Of a stretch of 64,000 bases of DNA, positions 9,573 through 19,531 are shown piece by piece. This DNA comes from an uncultured Gemmatimonadales bacterium. GTDB lineage: Bacteria > Gemmatimonadota > Gemmatimonadetes > Gemmatimonadales > GWC2-71-9. The notes below the pieces were generated by a model. It did not search any database. It was not told where the DNA came from and saw only the letters and a program-made list of their open reading frames with translations. The position numbers and the translations under genes are program-made. The stretch covers positions 26,895-90,894 of the forward strand of contig CAWFNY010000001.1 in the NCBI GenBank assembly GCA_963817435.1, read 5' to 3'. Position 1 is the stretch's first letter. Each line of letters opens with the position of its first letter.

Positions 9573-11004
9573 GGTTGAGCACCAGCATCCGCGGTTCGCT
9601 CATCTCCTCCATCGCGTAGCGCACTCCCTCGCGCCCGAAGCCGGAGTCCTTCACCCCGCCGTAGGGGTAGTTGTCCACCCGGAGCGTCGGGAAGTCGTTC
9701 GCGATCACGCCGCCCGTCTCCAGGGTGTTGAACGCGGCGAAGATCCGGTTCACGTCGTGTGTGAAGACGCCCGCCTGCAGCCCGAAGTCGGAATCGTTCA
9801 CCAGCGCAAGCGCGTCGCCGAAGTCGCGGTAGGGTGCCACGATGGACACCGGCCCGAAGACCTCCCTGCACGAGGCCTTCGCGTTGCGTGGCACATTCGC
9901 GAGCAGACCCGGCGAGAGCACGTTGCCATTCCGCGTCCCGGCCAGCAGCACCTCCGCGCCGGCCGCGACCGCTTCGGCCGTCCACGCCTGCACCCGGTCC
10001 GCCGCGCCGCTGTCGATCATCGGACCCACAATCGTTTTCGGGTCCATGGGATCGCCGCACACCAGCGCCGCCGTCGCCGCCACGAACTTCTGCACGAACT
10101 TCTCGTAGATCGGCTGGTGCACCAGCACCCGCTGCACCTTGATGCACACCTGGCCGGCATACGCAAAGGCGCCGAGCGCCAGGCGCTGCGCCACCCAGTC
10201 GAGGTCGCCGGCATCCTCGTGGACCACCGCCGCCGCGTTTCCGCCGAGTTCCAGGCAGACCTTCTTCTTGCCGGCGACGTTCTTGAGGTGCCACCCGACC
10301 GTCGGGCTCCCGGTGAAGGTCAGCATCGCGAAGCGCGGATCGGTCGCGAGCCCTTCAGCCACCGGGATCGGCAGGTGCACCACGTTGTACGCGCCGGCCG
10401 GCAGGCCGCATTCCGCCATGATCTGCCCCAGACGGAACGCCATCTGCGGGCACTGCGGCGGCGGCTTCACCACCAGCGCGCTGCCGACCGCGATCGCCGG
10501 CGCCACTTTGTGCGCCAGCAGGTTGAGCGGGAAATTGAACGGGGTGATCGCGCTGATCGGACCCACCGGGAAGCGGTGCACCATCCCGGTATAGCCGACG
10601 GTACGCGGATCGATGTCCAGCGGAATCATCTCCCCGGCGAAGCGACGCGTCTCATCCGCCGCGAGCGAAAAGGTCATGATCGCCCGGTCCACCTCGCCCA
10701 GCGCCTGGCCGATCGGCTTGCCGCAACTTTGTGCCAGCTCTGCACCCAGCGCCGCCCGCTCCCGGGTCATCGCGTCCACGATCCGCACCAGCAGGTCGCG
10801 GCGCGCATGGCGCGGCATCGCCTTCATCGCCGCGAAGCCCGCCTCAGCGGCGGCGATCGCGGCGTCGAGGTCGGCGGTGGTGCCCTGGGCCGCCAGGACC
10901 GCACGTTCCCTTGTGAACGGAAAGAGCACGGGGTCGGTCGCCCGGCTCCCCGCCGGGACCGCGGCGCCATTGATCCACGGCGTGAGGACTGGAATGTTCG
11001 TCAT
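9562..11004 (-). CDS. NAD(P)-dependent aldehyde dehydrogenase family protein
   Basis: ITPFNFPLNL, FTGS, the catalytic block ELGGNA....GQVC, and PYGGVKDSGFGREG. Confidence 0.9.
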   Translation of the reverse strand: MTNIPVLTPWINGAAVPAGSRATDPVLFPFTRERAVLAAQGTTADLDAAIAAAEAGFAAMKAMPRHARRDLLVRIVDAMTRERAALGAELAQSCGKPIGQALGEVDRAIMTFSLAADETRRFAGEMIPLDIDPRTVGYTGMVHRFPVGPISAITPFNFPLNLLAHKVAPAIAVGSALVVKPPPQCPQMAFRLGQIMAECGLPAGAYNVVHLPIPVAEGLATDPRFAMLTFTGSPTVGWHLKNVAGKKKVCLELGGNAAAVVHEDAGDLDWVAQRLALGAFAYAGQVCIKVQRVLVHQPIYEKFVQKFVAATAALVCGDPMDPKTIVGPMIDSGAADRVQAWTAEAVAAGAEVLLAGTRNGNVLSPGLLANVPRNAKASCREVFGPVSIVAPYRDFGDALALVNDSDFGLQAGVFTHDVNRIFAAFNTLETGGVIANDFPTLRVDNYPYGGVKDSGFGREGVRYAMEEMSEPRMLVLNLTK

Positions 11005-11052
11005 GCGTGGAATCTTGCGCCGGCGCCCAACCTCGGCAACTTACCGGTATCC

Positions 11053-12102
11053 ATGGTCGCTCCCTCCTCCAGTCACTCCGGCAAGGCCACTCCCGTCACG
11101 CGCCGACTCCGGTGGCCCGTCGTGGCGGGGCCCTTCCTCGTGCTCATCGCGATCATCGGGCTCTGGTGGAGTTCGGCCCAGGAGGAGCGACGGGTCGTGG
11201 ACCGGACCGACGCCGCATTGGGGGGGCACATCGCCGCCTTTCTCAGGGTCCTCACCCCGGCCGGTCCCGGCGACAACTACGACGCGCCCCGGCTGCTCTC
11301 CACAGCCAACTCTCTCGCCGATGCCTCCTTCTGGCGCGGCGGCCTGCAGGTCAGCATGGGGAGCGTCCCGCTCATTCCCGACACCATCGGGCTGCTTCCG
11401 CTTCCCGATTCGCTGACGCTTGCCCTGGAGCAGGGCGCCGCCGCCGTCGTTGCCACGCACGCCCGGCACCGCGCCACCCTCGTCCCCTTTCTCTCCCGCG
11501 ACCGGCATGCCTTCCTCGGCTGGGTCGCCGCCTGGGACTCCGTCGAACTGCAGGTTCCCCGCGCCCGGCATCTCTTCCTGACCATCGCGGCGGTGCTCGG
11601 CCTCGGCGCCGCGACCGTCACCCTCGTGCGCTACACCCGGCCGAACTGGCGGGTCGTCGCCATCCTTGCCGAAATCGGGATGATCGGCCTGCTCGCGCTG
11701 ACCCTCTGGCTCAGCGTGTACGGCACCGCCAGCACGGCGACCGACACCCGGCTCCTCACCCTCCGTCGCCTGGTCGAGGTCGCCGCCACCGCCTCCGGCG
11801 TGCAGCAGTCCCGGCTGCCCGAGATCGGCACCGGGACCTTCAGCCGGAGAGTCTCCGCCCCAGTGGTCCGTCCCGATGACGTGATCCGCAGCGACGACGG
11901 TTCCGGCAGCGACACTCCCGTCGCCCGGATCGTCGCGGCCACCCCCCGAACCCAGGGTGGCCTCGAATTCCAGGTGATCCCCGTCGAGTCCGATCTGGAT
12001 AACCTCGGCGCGGTGCTGCTCGCCTGGCTGGCGCTCGCGGCCGTCGGGCTCGGACTCACCGCGACCGGCGGACAGGGGCCTCCTCCCGGGGAGACCGGCT
12101 GA
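11053..12102 (+). CDS. Hypothetical membrane-anchored protein upstream of the two-component module
   Basis: This is the 3' part of track ORF 9529..12102. The 5' part of that ORF is antisense to the ALDH gene. The ATG at 11053 is followed by an N-terminal TM segment, two central TM segments and a C-terminal TM segment. Confidence 0.5.
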   Translation: MVAPSSSHSGKATPVTRRLRWPVVAGPFLVLIAIIGLWWSSAQEERRVVDRTDAALGGHIAAFLRVLTPAGPGDNYDAPRLLSTANSLADASFWRGGLQVSMGSVPLIPDTIGLLPLPDSLTLALEQGAAAVVATHARHRATLVPFLSRDRHAFLGWVAAWDSVELQVPRARHLFLTIAAVLGLGAATVTLVRYTRPNWRVVAILAEIGMIGLLALTLWLSVYGTASTATDTRLLTLRRLVEVAATASGVQQSRLPEIGTGTFSRRVSAPVVRPDDVIRSDDGSGSDTPVARIVAATPRTQGGLEFQVIPVESDLDNLGAVLLAWLALAAVGLGLTATGGQGPPPGETG

Positions 12103-12199
12103 GATTTCGCTAAACCGCTGGCCTTTCGGCGGGCGCGGGAGTATTTCACTATGGTACGGCGCGTCGGCGCGCCGCGGGACTTCGGGGAGACGCGACTGC

Positions 12200-13740
12200 A
12201 TGACGGACGAAGGGCAGAAAGTGGACGACGGGCTGGCTCTCATCGGCCGGGTCTCGCGGCTCCTCAACACCGGGCTCGCGGCGGAGGAGACCCTTGGCGC
12301 GGTCGCCGATGTGCTGCGGCGCGGGCTCGGTGTCGCGAGCGTGCAGCTCTGGCTCCGTGAACCCAACGCGACCACGCTGCGCGCCATCGGCGCGCCGACG
12401 CCGCACGCCGGCCCGCGCACCAGCCGCTCCTTCGCGGTGCTGCCCGAGGCGGCGCCGGACATGGTCCGCCTCCCGCTGCTCCACGAGGGCGAGCGGCTCG
12501 GCATGCTCGAGGTGGGGCCCGCGCCCCTCCCCGAGAACGCCGAGACGCTGCTCCCGATCATCGCGGATATCCTGGCACCATTTCTCGCGTCGATCGAGCT
12601 GTCGGAGGACCTCGCCTACGAGGTCGCGCTCCGCTCCCGCGAGATCGAGGAGCAGCGCCGGTTCATCACCCTCGTCATCGACTGCCTGCCGGTCGGCCTG
12701 TACGTGGTGGACCGCGAGTACCGGATTCAGATCTGGAACCGCAAGCGGGAGATGGGGACCCAGGGCCTGCGCCGGGACGAGGTCGTCGGCCGGCCGGTGT
12801 TCGAGGTGCTGACCCGGCAGGATGCCCGGCAGCTCCGGGAGGAGTTCGACGACGTCTTCGCGACCGGCAGGGTGCGGCAGATCGATCTCGAGGTCGCCGT
12901 CGGCGGCGACACGAAGTACTACCGCATCAGCAAGATCCCCATGCGCCAGGACGGCGAGACGATCACCCACGTGATCACCATCGGGGAGGACGTCACCGAG
13001 ACCCACGTCGCCGGCCAGCGCATCCTGCAGAGCGAGAAGCTCGCCGCGATCGGCCAGCTCGCCGCCGGCATCATGCACGAGATCAACAACCCGCTCGCCA
13101 CCATCGGCGCCTGCGTCGCCGCGCTCGAGAACCGGCTCGATGACGAGGTCCCCGCCCAGCAGCAGAACGGCATGCGGGAGTACCTGCAGATCATCGACAA
13201 GGAGGTGCAGCGCTGCGAAGGCATCGTGGACGGCCTGCTCGACTTCAGCCGCCCCAAGGGGAAGGCCAAGGGGCCGGTCAACGTCTCCACGATCCTCGAG
13301 GACACCCTCTTCCTGCTCAAGCACCATGAGCGCTTCAGGAAGATCGAGGTCAAGCGGGAGCTGTGCGAGACGCTCCCGATGGTGCACGCCAACGCCGAGC
13401 AGCTGATCCAGGTCTTCATGGCGATCATGCTCAACGCGCTCGATGCCATGGACGAGGGCGGCGTGCTGATCGTCCGCTCGCTCCCCGGCACCGTCTTCGA
13501 CGACGAGGTCGAGGTCCACATCGAGGACACCGGCGTGGGGATTCCCCGCGCTGAGCTGCCCAAGATCTTCGAGCCGTTCTACACCACCAAGCCGCCGGGG
13601 CGGGGCACCGGCCTCGGCCTCTCGGTCTGCTACGGCATCGTCGCCGAGCATGGCGGCCGCATCGAGGCCGACAGCCAGCCCGGGCGCGGCTCCGAATTCC
13701 GGGTCTATCTCCCGGTCGCCGGACGGCCGGTGAGCCACCC

Positions 13741-13744
<4 letters not shown>
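12200..13744 (+). CDS. Cytoplasmic sensor histidine kinase (GAF-like and PAS domains, HisKA, HATPase_c)
   Basis: H-box AAGIMHEINNPL, N-box MLNALDAM, G-boxes DTGVGI and GTGLGLS. No TM segments. Confidence 0.9.
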
Positions 13745-14409
<665 letters not shown>

Positions 14410-14417
14410 TCGTTTCC

Positions 14418-14444
14418 ACTCCCTCTTCCCTCTTCCCTCTTCCG
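14418..14444. repeat. Solo pyrimidine-arm repeat (CCCTCTTCCCTCTTCCCTCTTCC)
   Basis: Same CTCTTCC heptad as the right arms of repeat copies A and B. No palindromic core is present. It ends 10 nt before the kinase ATG at 14454. Confidence 0.6.
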
Positions 14445-14453
14445 TCGCTCTCG

Positions 14454-15950
14454 ATGCCCTCCATCCGCCGCCGCCTCACGATCTGGTATGCGATCGCGCT
14501 GCTCGCATCCGTCGGTGCGTTCGGCGGGGCGCTGTATTTCGAGCGGCGCCGCTCCAGCGTGCGGGAGCTGGATGAGCGGCTGTCGCTGGAGGGGAACGCG
14601 GCGGCGCAGTACTTCATCTCCTATCAGCGCTCGATCGGTCGCCGGCTCGCCGCGGGGGAGACGCCCGGGCTCGCCATCAGCGCCGTGGGCGGGTACCTCG
14701 ACGGCATTCGCGACAACGTGGTCATCTTCGATCCCGACCGCCTCGCGATCTACCGGAACAGCGCCGCCAAGCCGTTCACCACCACGTCGCTTGCGAACGT
14801 TCTCGATGCCGGCTCGCCCGACCGCGCCCGGAGCGGCGTCGTGGATCTCCGCGGCGACGGCCAGAACTATCGCTATGCCCAGGTGCCGCTCGCCGGGATC
14901 TGGGAACAGCCCCAGCCGGCCAGCATCTTTGTCGCCGCCCCGCTCGATGCGGTCCCCTTCGGCGCCGGCCAGCTCCTCCAGGCGATGCTGGTCATCGCCC
15001 CCGTCATTCTGATCGGCAGCATGGGACTCGGCTACGTCCTCGCCGACACCAGCCTCCGGCCCCTCGAGGGGATGGTGGATGAGATCGAGGCCATCACCGA
15101 CGGCCGAGGTCTCCATCGCCGCGTCGCGGTCCCGGTCTCCGCCGACGAACTCGCCCGCCTTGCCGGCACCATGAACCGGATGCTCTCCCGGCTGGAGGAG
15201 AGCTTCGCCACACTGCGCCGCTTCACCGCCGACGCCAGTCACGAACTCAAGACGCCGCTCATGGTGCTTCGGGTCGGCGTCGAGCGCGCCATGATCAATC
15301 CCCGGACGCCCACCGATGCGCTGCAGTCGCTCGAGGAGGTGCTGGAGGAGATCCACCGGATGAGCGAGCTGGTCGAGACGCTGCTCACTCTCGCGCGCGC
15401 CGATGAGGGCGGCGCCATTCTCGCCGTCGAACCCTGCGATCTGCGCGAGCTCATCAATGAAGCCGCCGAGACCGCCGGCATGCTGGGCGAGGAGCAGGAC
15501 ATCACCATTCGCTCCGAGGTCCCTGCCACGGCCGTCATCCTGCCGGTGGATCGGAGCCGCATCCGCCAGCTCCTGCTCAACCTGGTCACCAACGCCATCA
15601 AGTACACGCCGGCCGGAGGCAAGGTCAGCATCGGCCTGGTGGATCAGGGCGAGGCGGCGGCGATCATCATCGGGGACAACGGCATCGGGATTCCGCCCGC
15701 CGACCTCCCGCATATCTTCGACCGCTTCTATAGAGTGGACACCGCCCGCTCGCGCACCGGCGCCCGTCCGGGGGCCGGCCTCGGGCTCGCCATCACCAAG
15801 TGGATCGCGGAGGCGCACGGCGGCACCATTACCGTGCAGAGCCGCACCGGCCGTGGCACCGTGTTCACCGTGACGCTGCCCAAGGCGGGAGCCCCGCACA
15901 TCGTCAGCTATCCCGAGATTTCGACCGAGACTCCGCTGCCGCCCCTCTAG
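14454..15950 (+). CDS. Membrane sensor histidine kinase (CusS/heavy-metal-sensor-like: 2 TM, HAMP, HisKA, HATPase_c)
   Basis: SIRRRLTIWYAIALL N-terminus. H-box FTADASHELKTPL. DNGIGI and GAGLGLAI. Confidence 0.9.
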   Translation: MPSIRRRLTIWYAIALLASVGAFGGALYFERRRSSVRELDERLSLEGNAAAQYFISYQRSIGRRLAAGETPGLAISAVGGYLDGIRDNVVIFDPDRLAIYRNSAAKPFTTTSLANVLDAGSPDRARSGVVDLRGDGQNYRYAQVPLAGIWEQPQPASIFVAAPLDAVPFGAGQLLQAMLVIAPVILIGSMGLGYVLADTSLRPLEGMVDEIEAITDGRGLHRRVAVPVSADELARLAGTMNRMLSRLEESFATLRRFTADASHELKTPLMVLRVGVERAMINPRTPTDALQSLEEVLEEIHRMSELVETLLTLARADEGGAILAVEPCDLRELINEAAETAGMLGEEQDITIRSEVPATAVILPVDRSRIRQLLLNLVTNAIKYTPAGGKVSIGLVDQGEAAAIIIGDNGIGIPPADLPHIFDRFYRVDTARSRTGARPGAGLGLAITKWIAEAHGGTITVQSRTGRGTVFTVTLPKAGAPHIVSYPEISTETPLPPL

Positions 15951-16164
15951 CGCAATCATCTGGTGCCCATATATTCGCCCACCTCTCTCGCGCATTCGTG
16001 TGCGAGCGGGGCGTTGTCGTGCGTACTCTCGTGCCGGCACGACGGCGCCCGCGGTGACGGCAGAGGTAATCCGACTGTTATCGATTTGTCATCTTCTGGG
16101 GCGGTGACCTGCAATGGGCGCCCTGTAGGTTCCCGCATCGCCCTTACATGGGAGGACTCGTACC

Positions 16165-16881
16165 GTGTTCGAGAACCTCATTGAATCGAACAAGAAGCCG
16201 CAGATGTCCCTCGGACAGTCCGTGGTTTCGGTGTTCGTCCACGCCGGCCTGATCCTGGGTGCCATCAAGGCGACCCAGGGCGCCGCCGAGGTCGTCAGGG
16301 ACATCATGGTGGACACCACCATGGTCTTCCTGAAGCCGCCGGAGGCCCCGCCACCGCCGCCGAAGGTGCCCGAGAACGTGGTGGTGAGCGCCAATCCGCC
16401 GCCGCAGGGATTCCAGGTCGTGACCCCGCCGGACAACATTCCGACGGAGATCCCGCCCGTGAATCTCAATGAGCGCTTCGACCCGAAGGACTTCACCGGC
16501 AAGGGCGTCGAGGGCGGCATCGCCACCGGTGTCGTCGGCGGCACGGGCGCCGTCCCCACCATCGAGGGCGAGGTCTTCCTCGCGGCGGAAGTGGACGAGA
16601 CGCCCCAGGTCGAGAACCCTGCGGCCTGTCAGGGGAAGTTCCCGCCGGTCATGATGTCAGCCGGTATCCCCGGCAAGGTCGTCATGCAGTTCGTGGTGAA
16701 CACCGACGGCAGGGTCGATGCGTCGAGCGTCAAGGTCATCAGCAGCACCCACAAGGCGTTCGAAGAGCCCGCGAAGCAGGGTATCACCAGCTCTAGTTGC
16801 ACCTTCAAGGTCGGCAAGTCCCGCGGCCAGCCGGTACGGGTGCTGGTGCAGCAGGCGGTGGCGTTCAAGGTCGGCGCGTAG
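16165..16881 (+). CDS. tonB: TonB family energy transducer
   Basis: GTG start. N-terminal anchor with SVFVHAGLIL, a Pro-rich spacer (PPEAPPPPPKVPE) and a TonB C-terminal domain. Confidence 0.8.
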   Translation: MFENLIESNKKPQMSLGQSVVSVFVHAGLILGAIKATQGAAEVVRDIMVDTTMVFLKPPEAPPPPPKVPENVVVSANPPPQGFQVVTPPDNIPTEIPPVNLNERFDPKDFTGKGVEGGIATGVVGGTGAVPTIEGEVFLAAEVDETPQVENPAACQGKFPPVMMSAGIPGKVVMQFVVNTDGRVDASSVKVISSTHKAFEEPAKQGITSSSCTFKVGKSRGQPVRVLVQQAVAFKVGA

Positions 16882-16944
16882 CAGCTCGCTCCGCCGGGCC
16901 CGCCTTCGGGGCCCGGCCCCATTACTCACGGAGGTCTCCCAGTC

Positions 16945-17700
16945 ATGCAGCACGGCGTTGATATCCTGAAGCTTTGGGACGCGGCGGGAACGTTCGCCCG
17001 GGGCGTCATCGTGGTCATGGCGATCATGTCGCTGTGGTCGCTCTCGGTCGCCATCCAGAAGTTCATCATGATCCGGCGCAGCCAGAGCGCCACCAAGAAG
17101 TTCGCGCCTGACTTCTCCCGCGCGATCCAGGAAGAGAACCTCGAGAAGGCGATCTCCCTCGCGGAGAAGAACCAGAAGAGCCACATCGCCCGCGTCCTCG
17201 GCGGCGCCCTCGGTGAAGTGAAGAACCTGATCCAGGACCGCGCCACCATCACCTCGGCCGACATCAACTCGGCGGAGCGCGCGGTCGAGCGCCAGATGCT
17301 GATCACCCTCGCCGAGTTCAAGCGCGGCATGGGCGTCATGGCCACCGTCGGCGCCACCGCGCCGTTCGTCGGTCTGCTCGGCACCACGATGGGTATCGTC
17401 ACCGCCTTCACCGGCATGGCCGCCGCGGGCGCCTCCGGTGGTCTGGCCGGCATCTCGGCCGGTATCGCCGAGGCGCTCATCACGACCGCCTTCGGTCTGA
17501 TGGTCGCGATCCCGGCGGTGTGGTTCTACAACTACTTCACCACCAAGATCGAGAACCTCACGGTCGAGATGACCTACTCCTCGAAGGAACTGATCGACTA
17601 CCTGATCAAGTCCGTCGGCAGCGAGTTCGGCCGCTCGATCTTCACCAAGGAATTCCAGGCCCAGAAGGCGGTAACTGGTCATGGCCATATCGGCGGGTAG
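16945..17700 (+). CDS. exbB: MotA/TolQ/ExbB proton-channel protein
   Basis: GMGVMATVGATAPFVGLLGTTMGI...GIAEALITTAFGLMVAIPAVWFYNYF. Confidence 0.9.
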   Translation: MQHGVDILKLWDAAGTFARGVIVVMAIMSLWSLSVAIQKFIMIRRSQSATKKFAPDFSRAIQEENLEKAISLAEKNQKSHIARVLGGALGEVKNLIQDRATITSADINSAERAVERQMLITLAEFKRGMGVMATVGATAPFVGLLGTTMGIVTAFTGMAAAGASGGLAGISAGIAEALITTAFGLMVAIPAVWFYNYFTTKIENLTVEMTYSSKELIDYLIKSVGSEFGRSIFTKEFQAQKAVTGHGHIGG

Positions 17701-18139
17701 CGCTGGCCGCAGCACCGTCAAAGCTGAGCCGAACGTCATTCCGATGATCGACATCATGCTGGTGCTGCTCATCATTTTCATGATCGTGACGCCGCTCATC
17801 GCCGCCGGCTTCAAGGCGACGATGCCCAAGGGCAAGAACCTGGACAAGCGGCCGGAAGGCGAGAACGAAGTCATCCTCGGCGTCGACGCGAGCGGCCAGT
17901 ACTTCCTGAACGGCAAGGGCCCCGTCGATCCGGTGGTGCTCGAGGAGCAGCTGAAGTCCATCTACGCCGCGCGGTCGGAGGACAAGATCCTCTACTTCAA
18001 GGCGGACAATCAGCTCAAGTTCGTGCGGATTCAGGATGCGGTGGAGCTGGCGCGGCGCTCCGGCGCCCGCGTGATGGCGGCGATCACCGAGCCGAAGGTT
18101 ACCGGCGGCCTGTTCGACGCCGCCGAGAAGGGGAACTGA
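17681..18139 (+). CDS. exbD: ExbD/TolR biopolymer transport protein (copy 1)
   Basis: EPNVIPMIDIMLVLLIIFMIV. Confidence 0.9.
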   Translation: MAISAGSAGRSTVKAEPNVIPMIDIMLVLLIIFMIVTPLIAAGFKATMPKGKNLDKRPEGENEVILGVDASGQYFLNGKGPVDPVVLEEQLKSIYAARSEDKILYFKADNQLKFVRIQDAVELARRSGARVMAAITEPKVTGGLFDAAEKGN

Positions 18140-18140
18140 T

Positions 18141-18554
18141 ATGGCGGGCGGATCTTCCGCGGCTCCGGGCGACGTCTCCTCCGAGCCCAACGTGATTCCG
18201 ATGATCGACATCATGCTCGTGATGCTGATCATCTTCATGGTGTCGCAGCCGCTCTCGCGGATGGCCCTGGACATCCAGGTCCCGCCGCAGGAAACGGCCA
18301 CCAAGTCCACCGCGGCCTCGAATCAGATCGTCCTCGAGCTCACGGCGGATGGCGGGTACGCGATCAACACCCAGCCGGTCCCCAAGGACCAGCTGGACAC
18401 CCAGATCCACGCGATCTTCGACAGCCGCCCGGCGAAGCTGCTCTTCATCAAGTCTTCGCCGGACCGGATCTATCAGGACGTCATCGACGCGATGGATGTG
18501 GCTCGCGGTGCTGGAGTCCAGGTCATCGGCTTCACCCCGCGCGCGCCATCGTGA
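18141..18554 (+). CDS. exbD: ExbD/TolR biopolymer transport protein (copy 2)
   Basis: EPNVIPMIDIMLVMLIIFMV. Confidence 0.9.
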   Translation: MAGGSSAAPGDVSSEPNVIPMIDIMLVMLIIFMVSQPLSRMALDIQVPPQETATKSTAASNQIVLELTADGGYAINTQPVPKDQLDTQIHAIFDSRPAKLLFIKSSPDRIYQDVIDAMDVARGAGVQVIGFTPRAPS

Positions 18555-18595
18555 TCTCGCAGGGCGACCCTCCGTGGTCGCCCCTCGCTCAAAAA

Positions 18596-18625
18596 ACGGG
18601 GGGCCGTCACAACGACGGCCCCCCG
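18596..18625. terminator. Strong symmetric hairpin terminator after exbD2
   Basis: AAAAAA then ACGGGGGGCCGTC-ACAA-GACGGCCCCCCGT (13-bp perfect stem), followed by TCGTATGTTT. Confidence 0.6.
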
Positions 18626-18638
18626 TTCGTATGTTTCG

Positions 18639-19497
18639 GTGTGGATCGCCGGAGTCCCGGCGTCCCCCGTCGGTACACCAGGTTGCGAGGCGGGTCTGAT
18701 TCAGCGCGAGGTTGCTCTGCCTGCTCAGTACGATTTCGGCACTCGGCGCCCGGCGGGCCGGTCACGGTCCGTGGGGCTGCTGCTCTCGATCGTTCTCCAC
18801 GTGGTACTGGGGCTGCTGCTGCTGGTGCCCCTGCGGAAGGACTTCGAGCGGGTGCTGCTGATCGGCCCGAATCGCCCCGGTGCGGCGGGCGGCGGTGGTG
18901 GCGGGGCAGGGCGGGTGGCGTATATTACGCTCCCCGCGCCTGCGGCTTCCACGCGGGTGGCCGTCGAGGTCACCCCGCCCAAGCCCACGCCTCCGGTGAC
19001 GGTGACGCCGACGCCAGTTCCTCCGTCGGTCATTCCGCCGCCGGTTCCAGAGGAGAAGAGTCCCGCTGCTCCCGTCCCTGCCGCGCCAGCCAGCGCGGCC
19101 ACGCCGGATTCGCTCGCCGGTGTGGGACCCGGTCAGGGCGGCGGAGTCGGTGGCGGGACGGGCGGCGGGATCGGGCCCGGGAAGGGTCCTGGCTCCGGCC
19201 CAGGGACCGGGACCGGTGCGGGTGAAGGCGGTACCGGGAAGCCGCCGGTTCCGCGCCAGTACATCATCCCGCCCAACGACGCGCCGAAGGAGCTGCGCGG
19301 CAAGGAAATCCGCGTGACCGCATACGTGGACGTCCGTGGCAAGGTCGAACGGGTGGCGTTTCAGCCCGAGATCAGTGATGGAGGGTATGCTCGCCGACCT
19401 GCGGGAGGCGATGCTGAATTACCGCTTCAACCCCGCGACGGATGCTTCGGGGCATGCCGTCGCCAGCACCTTCGAGATCATCGTCACGATTTTCTAG
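18639..19497 (+). pseudogene. Second TonB-like protein with an apparent +1 frameshift near 19389-19392
   Basis: The frame of ORF 18639..19748 gives an anchor (LLLSIVLHVVLGLLLL), a Pro-rich region and ...VTAYVDVRGKVERVAFQPEISDGGYA, then degenerates. The conserved TonB C-terminal end LADLREAMLNYRFNPATDASGHAVASTFEIIVTIF* is in the +1 frame and ends at 19497. The start codon is uncertain. Confidence 0.6.
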
Positions 19498-19531
19498 CCC
19501 TCTGGCTTCACTTCCCCTCGCTCAATACCTC

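Noticed and set aside
12149-13738. Very long antisense ORFs. Examples: 299..1510(+), 6798..8075(-), 12149..13738(-), 14391..16040(-), 19508..21559(-), 32264..35173(-), 42906..44897(-).
   Set aside because: Each lies opposite a gene with clear family motifs. Their translations are Arg/Gly/Pro/Asp-rich low-complexity sequence typical of shadow frames in high-GC3 genomes. Several span multiple real genes and intergenic gaps.
16945-18554. MotA/ExbB-like plus ExbD-like genes as a Zorya-type or other membrane-anchored defence system
   Set aside because: Gene sizes, the conserved ExbB/ExbD motifs (EPNVIPMIDIMLV) and the flanking TonB genes fit an ordinary TonB-ExbB-ExbD energy-transduction operon. 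No large ZorA-type tail and no nuclease or helicase partners are present.
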